A stretch of 64,000 nt of DNA from a virus. Made by a program: the position numbers and the translations under genes. Each line of letters starts with the position of its first letter. Within the stretch, counting starts at the first letter, position 1. Below the pieces are notes generated by a model. The model saw only the letters and a list, made by a program, of their open reading frames with translations, was not told the origin of the DNA and ran no database searches. Where the stretch lies: the IMG/VR virus record IMGVR_UViG_3300002092_001237, positions 43,690 through 107,689 of that record. One strand, written 5' to 3'. Shown one piece after another: positions 45,929 through 54,185 of the stretch.

Positions 45929-46478
45929 CGTTATATTTCGCTATATCTAGTTCCATTAGTTGTTGGAATATCGCTATAGAGAAATCAAATGCTAGATTCG
46001 CTTCTTCTGCTAGGTCGTCTGTTAGACGTTCTCTTATCTTAGATTTACAATCTTCTACATTGTCAAATTGATAGTAACGCCCACTACCTGGGACCTTTTT
46101 AGCGATCATCTGCCCACCACTAAGATCGCCCATATGACGTACATAGATGTGTGCCATGAGTTTCTGTGGAGCATTCCACGATATACGTAGTATATGATCT
46201 AGATATTCATTAACTACGGGAACAAATACGGTGTTATCTTTTGTATGCTCTAGTTCATCTAGATCTTCCTGTATAAGACTAGTACGTCTAATGCTATCGA
46301 GGCCGTCTAGCAGTCCATGAGTAGCAGCACAGGATTCTAACATTGAATAGCAGGCCATCATGTTCTGTAGATATGCAGAATAAAATTTAGGATTAATTTT
46401 ACCTGAGAATAGGACTTTTACAAATTCCTGTCTTTCGGCGGATTTATGTTTTTCCCAAGTTAGCTCTTTGAGAGACAT
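45921..46478 (-). CDS. hemO: heme oxygenase
   Basis: LKELT..H..AE, AHIYVRHMGDLSGGQ, EEANLAF. Confidence 0.92.
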   Translation of the reverse strand: MSLKELTWEKHKSAERQEFVKVLFSGKINPKFYSAYLQNMMACYSMLESCAATHGLLDGLDSIRRTSLIQEDLDELEHTKDNTVFVPVVNEYLDHILRISWNAPQKLMAHIYVRHMGDLSGGQMIAKKVPGSGRYYQFDNVEDCKSKIRERLTDDLAEEANLAFDFSIAIFQQLMELDIAKYNDE

Positions 46479-46479
46479 A

Positions 46480-46782
46480 TTATTCTTTTTCTATTTTAAC
46501 TACTAGTGGAAAGTTATTATTTCTTGCCAACATAGTTGTTTCGATACCTTTTTGTTCTGCTATTTCAAAACTATATACACCAACTACTGCTGAACCATCA
46601 TTATGTACAGTTAACATAATATTTTGTGATGTTGAAATATCATGTTTGAACACAGCTTGTAGAACTTCTAAAACGAAATCCATTGGAGTAACATCATCAT
46701 TTAAGAAGATAACTTTATAATGTCCAGGTTCTTCTGTTACGATCTTGATTTCTTCTAAGGTATCGTTGTCTACTTGACTCAT
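46480..46782 (-). CDS. clpS: N-degron adaptor ClpS
   Basis: YKVIFLNDDVTPMDFV..IMLTVHNDG..EIAEQK..FPL. Confidence 0.95.
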   Translation of the reverse strand: MSQVDNDTLEEIKIVTEEPGHYKVIFLNDDVTPMDFVLEVLQAVFKHDISTSQNIMLTVHNDGSAVVGVYSFEIAEQKGIETTMLARNNNFPLVVKIEKE

Positions 46783-46811
46783 TTAATTATTCCTGTTTTG
46801 ATATTTATCAA

Positions 46812-46836
46812 TATGGGGGGCACCATGCCCCCCATA
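46812..46836 (-). terminator. GC hairpin after hsp20 (terminator or stabiliser)
   Basis: TATGGGGGGC/GCCCCCCATA. Confidence 0.55.
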
Positions 46837-46848
46837 CGAGTTAACTTA

Positions 46849-47277
46849 TTAAGATCGTATTTCAATCTTCTTGGGTTGCAGATGTTCTGGTATATTACGT
46901 TTTAAATAGATGTCAAGAATACCACAATCGAGGCTTGCATCTTTAACTTCCATATAATCTGCGATGCTAAAGATCCTCTTAAAGTTACGTGTAGCGATTC
47001 CTTTATGTATATAGATACCAGAATCCTCTACTTCGGGCATTGCTCCTTCGATAGTTAACACGTTACCTGTATGTATTACATCTAGGTCTTCCATCTTGAA
47101 ACCTGCTACTGCTAACGAAATAACAAATTCATTATCGCTGATTTTAACAATATTATATGGGGGGTATGTTGCAGTTGTCGCACTGTTCATATATAGTCTA
47201 TCCATATCGTGGAACAATTGGTCGAACCCGACTGCGAATTTTTGTAGTGGTACTAAATCTAAAGTTGCTCTTGTCAT
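46849..47277 (-). CDS. ibpA: small heat-shock protein (IbpA/Hsp20)
   Basis: VGFD, YPPYNI, LAVAGF, HKGIATRNF, P..PKKIEI. Confidence 0.95.
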   Translation of the reverse strand: MTRATLDLVPLQKFAVGFDQLFHDMDRLYMNSATTATYPPYNIVKISDNEFVISLAVAGFKMEDLDVIHTGNVLTIEGAMPEVEDSGIYIHKGIATRNFKRIFSIADYMEVKDASLDCGILDIYLKRNIPEHLQPKKIEIRS

Positions 47278-47349
47278 TTTACATCTCCTTTGTTAAGCAA
47301 GATACTTTTTAGTCTACATGTGCGATCCTATTATAGCAATCGCACATGT
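47278..47349 (-). promoter_or_regulatory. ROSE-like RNA thermometer of hsp20
   Basis: 5' hairpin plus TCTTGCT-TAACAA-AGGAGA, the U(U/C)GCU anti-SD motif. Confidence 0.7.
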
Positions 47350-47381
47350 TATTATTAATATAGTGTATTTCACACTATTTG

Positions 47382-49301
47382 TCAAGCGGCTTTATCTTTC
47401 TTCTCGTCTTTAACCTCTGTGAATGTAGCATCAACTACATTGTCGTCCTTTTTTTCCGCTGTTTCGGCGCCTTCGGGAGGAGCCATATTTTCGCTCATCG
47501 CTTTATACAATGGAGCAGCAGCTTCAAAGATCTTCGTAGTAGCTGTAGTAATAGCTTCTACATCCTCGCCTTTAGCAGCTTCTTCAATATCCGTAAGTGC
47601 TGCTTCGATCGTTGACTTCTCATCTTCAGTTAGCTTATCACCATGCTTAGTAAGCTCGTCGCGCATACTATTAACCTGACTTTCGGCATTATTACGTGCT
47701 TCGATGAGAGCACGTTGCTTTTTATCTGACTCTGCATTAGCTTCGGCTTCTCTGATCATCTGTTCGATCTCTGCTTCGCTCAGTCCGCTATTAGCCTGGA
47801 TAGTAATCTTCTGTTGTTTGCCAGTTCCTTTATCCTGTGCGCTTACGCTTAGGATACCGTTAGCATCGATGTCGAAAGTAACATCGATCTGTGGAACACC
47901 ACGAGGTGCTGGAGGTATACCTTCTAAATTAAACAAGCCTAATACTTTATTGTATTCTGCTAGTTCACGTTCACCTTGTCCAACCTTAATGGTAACTGCT
48001 GTTTGATTGTTATCAGCAGTACTGAAGATCTGGCTCTTCTTAACAGGAATAGTAGTGTTCTTTTCGATTAATTTCGAGAACACACCGCCCATGGTTTCGA
48101 TACCCAATGATAGTGGTGTAACGTCTAGCAATAATACGTCATTCTTATCACCACTTAGAACTGCACCTTGGATAGCTGCTCCTGCTGCTACTGCTTCGTC
48201 AGGATTCACATCCTTACGTGGTGCCTTGCCGAATAACTGTTCAACGACTTCCTGTACTTTAGGCATACGTGTCTGCCCACCAACAAGGATAACATCATCT
48301 ATCTGGCTTGGATCAAGACCTGCATCCTTTAGTGCCGTATTACAGGGAACAATACTACGTTGTATTAAATCGTCGACTAATGATTCAAACTTAGCACGAG
48401 TCAGCTTTATATTAAGATGTTTTGGTCCACTAGCGTCTGCTGTAATATATGGCATATTAACATCAGTTTGTGCAGAGCTTGAAAGTTCAATCTTTGCCTT
48501 TTCTGCGCCTTCTTTTAGACGCTGTAGTGCCATAGTATCCTTACTAAGGTCTACACCGTTTTCTTTCTTAAATTCGCTGATTAAATGATCAACGATACGT
48601 TGGTCGAAGTCTTCGCCTCCGAGGAATGTATCTCCGTTTGTTGAGAGGACTTCAAACTGTTTGTCTTCTCCTCCACTAATTTCGATGATTGAAATATCGA
48701 AAGTACCACCTCCGAGATCGTATACAGCAATCTTTCTATCACGTTTGTCCTCCTTATCTACTCCGAACGCCAAAGCTGCTGCTGTTGGCTCATTAATGAT
48801 ACGCTTTACATCAAGTCCTGCGATACGTCCAGCATCCTTAGTTGCTTGGCGTTGGCTATCGTTAAAGTAAGCTGGAACAGTGATAACTGCTTCTGTGACT
48901 TCATACCCGAGGTAATCTTCTGCTGTTTTCTTCATCTTACGAAGTATTTCAGCAGAAACTTGCTGTGGAGCCATTTCATTGCCGTTGGCTTTTACCCACG
49001 CATCACCGTTAGCTGCTTTTACGATATCATACGGGATATTCTTAATATCCTTCTGGATCGCTTCATCATCGAACTTACGTCCGATAAGTCTCTTAACTGC
49101 GAACAATGTATTTTTTGGATTTGTTACTGATTGACGTTTAGCAGGCGCACCGACTAAAATTTCTTCATCAGTATAAGCAATAATGCTTGGTGTTGTGCGG
49201 GCACCTTCCGCATTTTCTATAACCTTGGTTTTACCGCCTTCTAATACTGCGACACAACTATTAGTTGTTCCAAGATCGATTCCGATTATCTTACCCATCA
49301 T
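47382..49301 (-). CDS. dnaK: Hsp70 chaperone DnaK
   Basis: [25 protein letters not shown], full length. Confidence 0.98.
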   Translation of the reverse strand: MMGKIIGIDLGTTNSCVAVLEGGKTKVIENAEGARTTPSIIAYTDEEILVGAPAKRQSVTNPKNTLFAVKRLIGRKFDDEAIQKDIKNIPYDIVKAANGDAWVKANGNEMAPQQVSAEILRKMKKTAEDYLGYEVTEAVITVPAYFNDSQRQATKDAGRIAGLDVKRIINEPTAAALAFGVDKEDKRDRKIAVYDLGGGTFDISIIEISGGEDKQFEVLSTNGDTFLGGEDFDQRIVDHLISEFKKENGVDLSKDTMALQRLKEGAEKAKIELSSSAQTDVNMPYITADASGPKHLNIKLTRAKFESLVDDLIQRSIVPCNTALKDAGLDPSQIDDVILVGGQTRMPKVQEVVEQLFGKAPRKDVNPDEAVAAGAAIQGAVLSGDKNDVLLLDVTPLSLGIETMGGVFSKLIEKNTTIPVKKSQIFSTADNNQTAVTIKVGQGERELAEYNKVLGLFNLEGIPPAPRGVPQIDVTFDIDANGILSVSAQDKGTGKQQKITIQANSGLSEAEIEQMIREAEANAESDKKQRALIEARNNAESQVNSMRDELTKHGDKLTEDEKSTIEAALTDIEEAAKGEDVEAITTATTKIFEAAAPLYKAMSENMAPPEGAETAEKKDDNVVDATFTEVKDEKKDKAA

Positions 49302-49357
49302 GATTCTCCTTTTGTTAAGCAAGAAATAAATGCTGTATTCCGAAGCAATACAGCATT
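49302..49357 (-). promoter_or_regulatory. ROSE-like RNA thermometer of dnaK
   Basis: AATGCTGTATT/AATACAGCATT hairpin plus TCTTGCT-TAACAAA-AGGAGA. Confidence 0.65.
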
Positions 49358-49400
49358 ATTATTTATATAATAACTATTATTGAAAAGTCAAGAGCCTTTA

Positions 49401-49661
49401 TTAAGATTCTGTCTTCCATTGTGATTGACGCTTGCGCTCACGAACTTGTGCTGCTGCTAGTTTCTTGCGCTTCTTATCACCTGGATTAGTAAAATGTTCT
49501 CTCTTACGTAGTTCATTAAACCAACCCTCGTCTTGCAGACGTTTTTTTAATTTTCTTAACGCTTTATTGACATCATTATTCTTAACGAAAATTGTTGTGC
49601 CTTTAAACATACGACCTGTGTCATTGTTGTGTAGCCAATCGCTATTTCGAGTTATACTCAT
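49401..49661 (-). CDS. rpsU: ribosomal protein bS21
   Basis: VKNNDVNKALRKLKKRL..ELRKREHFTNP..RKK. Confidence 0.85.
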   Translation of the reverse strand: MSITRNSDWLHNNDTGRMFKGTTIFVKNNDVNKALRKLKKRLQDEGWFNELRKREHFTNPGDKKRKKLAAAQVRERKRQSQWKTES

Positions 49662-49698
49662 ATATATTTTTTCACCTCTTTTTTATATGAATCTTTTT

Positions 49699-50076
49699 TT
49701 ATCTTCCATTTGTTAACAAATCTACTAACGCTTGTCTATGCTCTAACGGGATATCATCGAGTTTGATGCTTTTAGTTTTTAATTTATCAACATAACTAGT
49801 TAGTAATTGTATCTTAGGATCAGTTTGATCGTGGCTGCTAAGATCTAAATCTTTAAAGCCATGTAGTTCATACTCTCTGTAAAGAGCATCCATTGGTTTA
49901 AATATCCTACGATTGCGTTGAATACGTTGCCATATAGTTTCTTCACCTTGCTCTGAATTTTGAATATAGCCGTCTTCGACTATTTCTTCTCCACTAAGAT
50001 CTGCTGGTTGCCAACCTTCATCATGTACTGTTCTTTTTTTTTTAAATTTGCAACTTGCTCTTCGAGTTCTTGCCAA
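49699..50076 (-). CDS. hypothetical protein (start uncertain)
   Basis: Open frame overlapping upstream gene end. Confidence 0.45.
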   Translation of the reverse strand: MARTRRASCKFKKKRTVHDEGWQPADLSGEEIVEDGYIQNSEQGEETIWQRIQRNRRIFKPMDALYREYELHGFKDLDLSSHDQTDPKIQLLTSYVDKLKTKSIKLDDIPLEHRQALVDLLTNGR

Positions 50077-51233
50077 CGAGCTGTGTTTTCTTCTGTCTTA
50101 GGTTCTTCTATTACTTCGGTGTTGATTGGTGTCGATTCGCTAGCCATAGGTTCGCTGGCAACAACGACCACAATATCATCAACTCGTACTGGTTCGACAG
50201 GCTCTTCACTGACTGTATTAACAGGTATCGCATCATTGTTTCCTGCATCTGTGAGTACATCTTTTTTCTCCTCAATATCACCCTCAAAGGTGATTTCGCC
50301 CTTTTCGACCTGTTTCATCATTTCCGCATAACGTTCGCGTACGATCCTATCGATCATATCCTGGTCGATTACAGGTTTAAGGTCTTCATGTTTAATCTCT
50401 GGTTCTTGATGCGCTATAACTGTTGCTAATGCTTCAGTTTTAATCGCATCTTTTTCAGCTTTCTTTGCACGCCTCGCTTCAGAAGCTTGTACTAGGCTTA
50501 TCTGTCCGGCAATCAATAATAGAACAGCTAATGGATCAAATACGAAGATGATAATTATAATCATCCAAGTCACTGCTTTTTCTAGCATGTTCTTATCAGC
50601 GTTAGAACCATACATAAACTCAGCTATGTATTTGATTGGGCCTACTTCTGTTTCAATCTTACGTATTTGTGTAGTTAATGGTAATTTAATTTCTTGTAAT
50701 TTGGATATTTCTTTTTGTGCAGAATCGATATCTTTGGCTAATTTGTCACGTTCTTTTTGTTGGTTCTTACGAGCGTTATTAGCTGCTGCTACACTACGCT
50801 CATCCTTACCTTTTATCATAAACTGTGCTACTACCTCATCAAGATTTTTAGTAGCAGTTTTAGCTTGGTCAATTTCGCTGCGTTTAGCATTAATCTTCTC
50901 GTCGATTAACTCTATCTGTGCTGCAACATCACCAACAGGTGCTCCCTGTTCAACATGGGCACGACTTAAGAATCCAAAAATCCCCATGCTGGTTATGAAC
51001 ATAAGAACTAAAGTTGCTATCATCAGATAGCTCTTTAGCATAAATGGTGCTGTTTTCCAATTACGGTGTAGCCAACTAGCAGTTACTAGTTTACCAATTT
51101 CAAGACTAGCACCCATAATAATAATAGGCACTGCTGCACCTGCAAATATAGCTGCTAGCCCTGATACAGAATAGTATACCGCTACACCGCTAATGGCTAG
51201 TGCAGTTATTAGCGTTAATAGCCCGAGAAACAT
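49980..51233 (-). CDS. membrane protein with periplasmic coiled coil and acidic tail
   Basis: Three N-terminal TM, coiled coil, one TM (FVFDPLAVLLL). Confidence 0.75.
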   Translation of the reverse strand: MFLGLLTLITALAISGVAVYYSVSGLAAIFAGAAVPIIIMGASLEIGKLVTASWLHRNWKTAPFMLKSYLMIATLVLMFITSMGIFGFLSRAHVEQGAPVGDVAAQIELIDEKINAKRSEIDQAKTATKNLDEVVAQFMIKGKDERSVAAANNARKNQQKERDKLAKDIDSAQKEISKLQEIKLPLTTQIRKIETEVGPIKYIAEFMYGSNADKNMLEKAVTWMIIIIIFVFDPLAVLLLIAGQISLVQASEARRAKKAEKDAIKTEALATVIAHQEPEIKHEDLKPVIDQDMIDRIVRERYAEMMKQVEKGEITFEGDIEEKKDVLTDAGNNDAIPVNTVSEEPVEPVRVDDIVVVVASEPMASESTPINTEVIEEPKTEENTARWQELEEQVANLKKKEQYMMKVGNQQILVEKK

Positions 51234-51252
51234 TCATTTACCTCATGAATAA

Positions 51253-51852
51253 TTAGCTGTTGATAACTGTTACAGTGTCAATTAAGCTCACTGATACTGA
51301 ATCATATATGTTAGCAATAGTATCCGGTGCTGCTATAGTTACTGATTGTTGCATATCGCCTTGTGTTTGGCTTGTAGTTCTATATGAACGTGTCATAGCT
51401 GATAGGATAGACTGGCTTATTATATATCTAACAGCTTTAGCTACTGAGTCGATAGTAACTGTACTGCCTGTAGTTGGAGAAAATGTCGTACCTGATAGTT
51501 TCTGTAATACAAAGGCATCTCTTTCAAACTTTACAGCAAATGCCACTGCTGAAGAATATACATTAGCATCAGTCGCATCTTCAGTAGTTGGCGTCACATC
51601 GAGGATCTGACAATCAGCATATCCGCTGAGCGCCATGATGATGTTATTCCAACGTATGTTTCCTCTAGCACGTCTTAGTGAATTATTATTGCTGCTAGGT
51701 AGTGTATCGAACGCAGAAGCATCATATGGCTCTATTCTACCACCTGCGGTGCTAGTATCTGAAGTTGCTTTGTAATATGTCGACAAATCAATCGAAACAC
51801 GATAAAAATTTGGAGTTAATTGGTTAACACTCTGTTGAAATCCTGATGGCAT
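51253..51852 (-). CDS. probable virion structural protein
   Basis: Ser/Thr-rich, GATAAATA motif upstream. Confidence 0.55.
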   Translation of the reverse strand: MPSGFQQSVNQLTPNFYRVSIDLSTYYKATSDTSTAGGRIEPYDASAFDTLPSSNNNSLRRARGNIRWNNIIMALSGYADCQILDVTPTTEDATDANVYSSAVAFAVKFERDAFVLQKLSGTTFSPTTGSTVTIDSVAKAVRYIISQSILSAMTRSYRTTSQTQGDMQQSVTIAAPDTIANIYDSVSVSLIDTVTVINS

Positions 51853-51881
51853 AGTAGTAATCCTTCTTTCTATTATTTATC

Positions 51882-52292
51882 TTAGCCGCGCCGACTCTTG
51901 GTACCTACTTGTGTCATATCTTCCCCTGGGGTGGCGAATTGATAACCACCTTTGTTATAAAGTGGCATACAACGGCTGGCTTTGTCAAGGATTTCACGCT
52001 GTACAGCAGGTGATTCTTTATGTAAATTAGCCATTATACCTTTTTTATAACCGTTGCCAACGCTATTGCTAAGTTGAACACGATTATCGCCGACATTGTA
52101 ATCTGGAATAGCATTTTCGTATTTTCCTTTAAACGCTTTTTGCAGTGTACGTTGCTCAGGATGTAATCCACGCTCACGCAACCATGCATTGTGTTTATCA
52201 GTTGCTTCTGCAAGACGCTTTGAATTTGAACTTTTTTTCTTACCACCATAACGTGTAGTAGTAAGAAATGCTTTTTCCAGATGCATACTCAT
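51882..52292 (-). CDS. hypothetical basic phage protein
   Basis: C-terminal PLYNKGGYQ motif. Confidence 0.7.
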   Translation of the reverse strand: MSMHLEKAFLTTTRYGGKKKSSNSKRLAEATDKHNAWLRERGLHPEQRTLQKAFKGKYENAIPDYNVGDNRVQLSNSVGNGYKKGIMANLHKESPAVQREILDKASRCMPLYNKGGYQFATPGEDMTQVGTKSRRG

Positions 52293-52537
52293 TTCTTAAT
52301 CTTTCTGATCAGTTCATTATGTTCACGTTCTACTTCATGCTTGGAATGGTCGTATGCGAATACGATAGCGAAGATTATGATAGAAATAAACACGCTAATA
52401 CTCAAGCCTTTTGCCGGATCGCCGAGAAAATAATTACCTGCAAACATTGACAAGGCACCTAACCCAAACCCTACAACCAATATCGAAAATAACTTAAGGA
52501 CTTTCTTGAATGTTAACCATAGGATCTTGCGCTGCAT
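52289..52537 (-). CDS. 2-TM membrane protein
   Basis: Two hydrophobic helices; start MQRK. Confidence 0.6.
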   Translation of the reverse strand: MQRKILWLTFKKVLKLFSILVVGFGLGALSMFAGNYFLGDPAKGLSISVFISIIIFAIVFAYDHSKHEVEREHNELIRKIKK

Positions 52538-52632
52538 TGTGATACCTTTTCTGTTGTGTATTATAACTGTATAGCCTGTACGAATGTTTGTCAAGAGTAG
52601 AGGCCGAGTTTCCCCAGCCTCTTTTGGTTTGA

Positions 52633-52995
52633 TTAAGCGTGACGTGTAACGTAGTTAATACGTTCCTGCTGACTGCCAAAGAATTCCTTTACAGTCTTTA
52701 CAACTTCGTCATTGCTAAACGGCTTGCAACTAAAAACATCCAAATACATGGTATTGTCTTTGTCAACAAAATGTGCTGAGAGATTTGAGGTCTCGATTAA
52801 CTGGACCATACTATGACCCGCTTTATTTGCGTCATGGGTGGCAAAATGTTCGATAACCGGTTCGCCAAATGCGACCATATCGATTCTCTTAACGAGTTCT
52901 TTAGTAAAATTATAGATGTTATCGCGGCTTGTGATCTTTGCGTTATCGCAACCCGAGCAGTCCAGCATCAAGTGATATCCCCAGTATGTACTCAT
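52633..52995 (-). CDS. speD: pyruvoyl-dependent S-adenosylmethionine decarboxylase-like proenzyme
   Basis: GYHLMLD, LIETSNLSAH, YLDVFSCKPF. Confidence 0.85.
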   Translation of the reverse strand: MSTYWGYHLMLDCSGCDNAKITSRDNIYNFTKELVKRIDMVAFGEPVIEHFATHDANKAGHSMVQLIETSNLSAHFVDKDNTMYLDVFSCKPFSNDEVVKTVKEFFGSQQERINYVTRHA

Positions 52996-53054
52996 CGCAT
53001 GTTTGTTCCTTTCATATGAGATGTTATTTACTTTTTTTTGATGTTGGACAGATA

Positions 53055-53350
53055 AAAGTGGAGAGATTCTGTTTCCACGCTCTCTCCGGGCGCATTAAGA
53101 TCACGCTGCTAGAGCGTAAGCCTTAGATGAAATGAAGTTATCATTTGCATTTATCATTGTTGCCTTCTGTCTCCGCTAGTCTTTATCACACCTGTCGATC
53201 CTATTTCACCCCCGTCAAAAGTACTTTTTTCAGTTATTCGGTTTCTGTCAGAAATATTCCGAGCCACCCAGGGCAAAAGTACTTATGGTGGAGGTGCCGG
53301 AGTACTGCCCTCCGGGTCCAAAATGTCTATTCTACTCGCCTCAACGACAT
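53055..53350 (-). ncRNA. ssrA: circularly permuted two-piece tmRNA
   Basis: Acceptor piece ends CACCTCCACCA at 53286; intervening segment 53214-53285; coding piece starts GGGGGTGAAATAGGATCGAC at 53213; tag ANDNFISSKAYALAA* at 53148-53101. Confidence 0.92.
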
Positions 53351-53375
53351 AAGCAGTTTATTTATAGCAGTGTTT

Positions 53376-54152
53376 TTAGATATTGTCAACTTTTCTTTTG
53401 GGTTTTACTAAACGCCCAATACTATAACCAGATTTTATATGTTGGTCTAATTTTTGTATAAAGATGTAGTGTTCCGTCATTCCGTTATGTACCCAGATAC
53501 GGGTAGGAACATGCCCTTTTTTTCCACGAACCCATCCTTCGGGAATGGTATCATCTTTGTTAATTCTTAATATTTCTTTCGTTTCTGGATGAGATATCCA
53601 ATACTTGCCATATTGGCTATTTCCGGTGCCTTTCTGCATTTGACTGAGTTGACTCCGGCGGGCTACCTTCTCTTCTTCTGTGTAGTTTCTCCACCCGTTG
53701 CATAACCCAGTTCCAGCTTTTTTACGATTTGCGTCGGTCATCGATTTCAATCTGTTTTGCCACCAGATAGTATTATTGGCTTTTTGTTCTTTTACAAAAG
53801 CATTTGTTTTTTGTGCAGCAATTCTTCCGCCTTTTTTTGCAGATTCCTTGTGTTGATCGGTTCCATTATAATGGTTAAATCCACCGATGCCGCCAACTCG
53901 AACATTATAATTTGTTTGTTCCATGCAGAATGATTTGGTAACTATTTCTGCTTCTTTCTTATACATTTCGTCCGAAGTGTTAAAAATAAACAATACGTCT
54001 TTAGTAAAGTTTTCTATTCCGTATTTTTTTTGAGATCTCTTTAAAGTATGGCCGGAACCCATATAATCATCATTAATATTAATAGTCGAATGAGCTCCGA
54101 TGTAAATTTTATTATTAATTAGATTTGTTATTTTATAAATTATGTGAAACAT
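53376..54152 (-). CDS. GIY-YIG homing endonuclease (Seg-like)
   Basis: IIYKITNLINNKIYIGAH..YMGSG..KYGIENF..E..YN..GG. Confidence 0.85.
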   Translation of the reverse strand: MFHIIYKITNLINNKIYIGAHSTININDDYMGSGHTLKRSQKKYGIENFTKDVLFIFNTSDEMYKKEAEIVTKSFCMEQTNYNVRVGGIGGFNHYNGTDQHKESAKKGGRIAAQKTNAFVKEQKANNTIWWQNRLKSMTDANRKKAGTGLCNGWRNYTEEEKVARRSQLSQMQKGTGNSQYGKYWISHPETKEILRINKDDTIPEGWVRGKKGHVPTRIWVHNGMTEHYIFIQKLDQHIKSGYSIGRLVKPKRKVDNI

Positions 54153-54185
54153 TGGATATAAGAGTAGCACCTGTAAAGGTATTTG

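Noticed and set aside
53145-53411. 88-aa plus-strand ORF
   Set aside because: Antisense to the tmRNA gene
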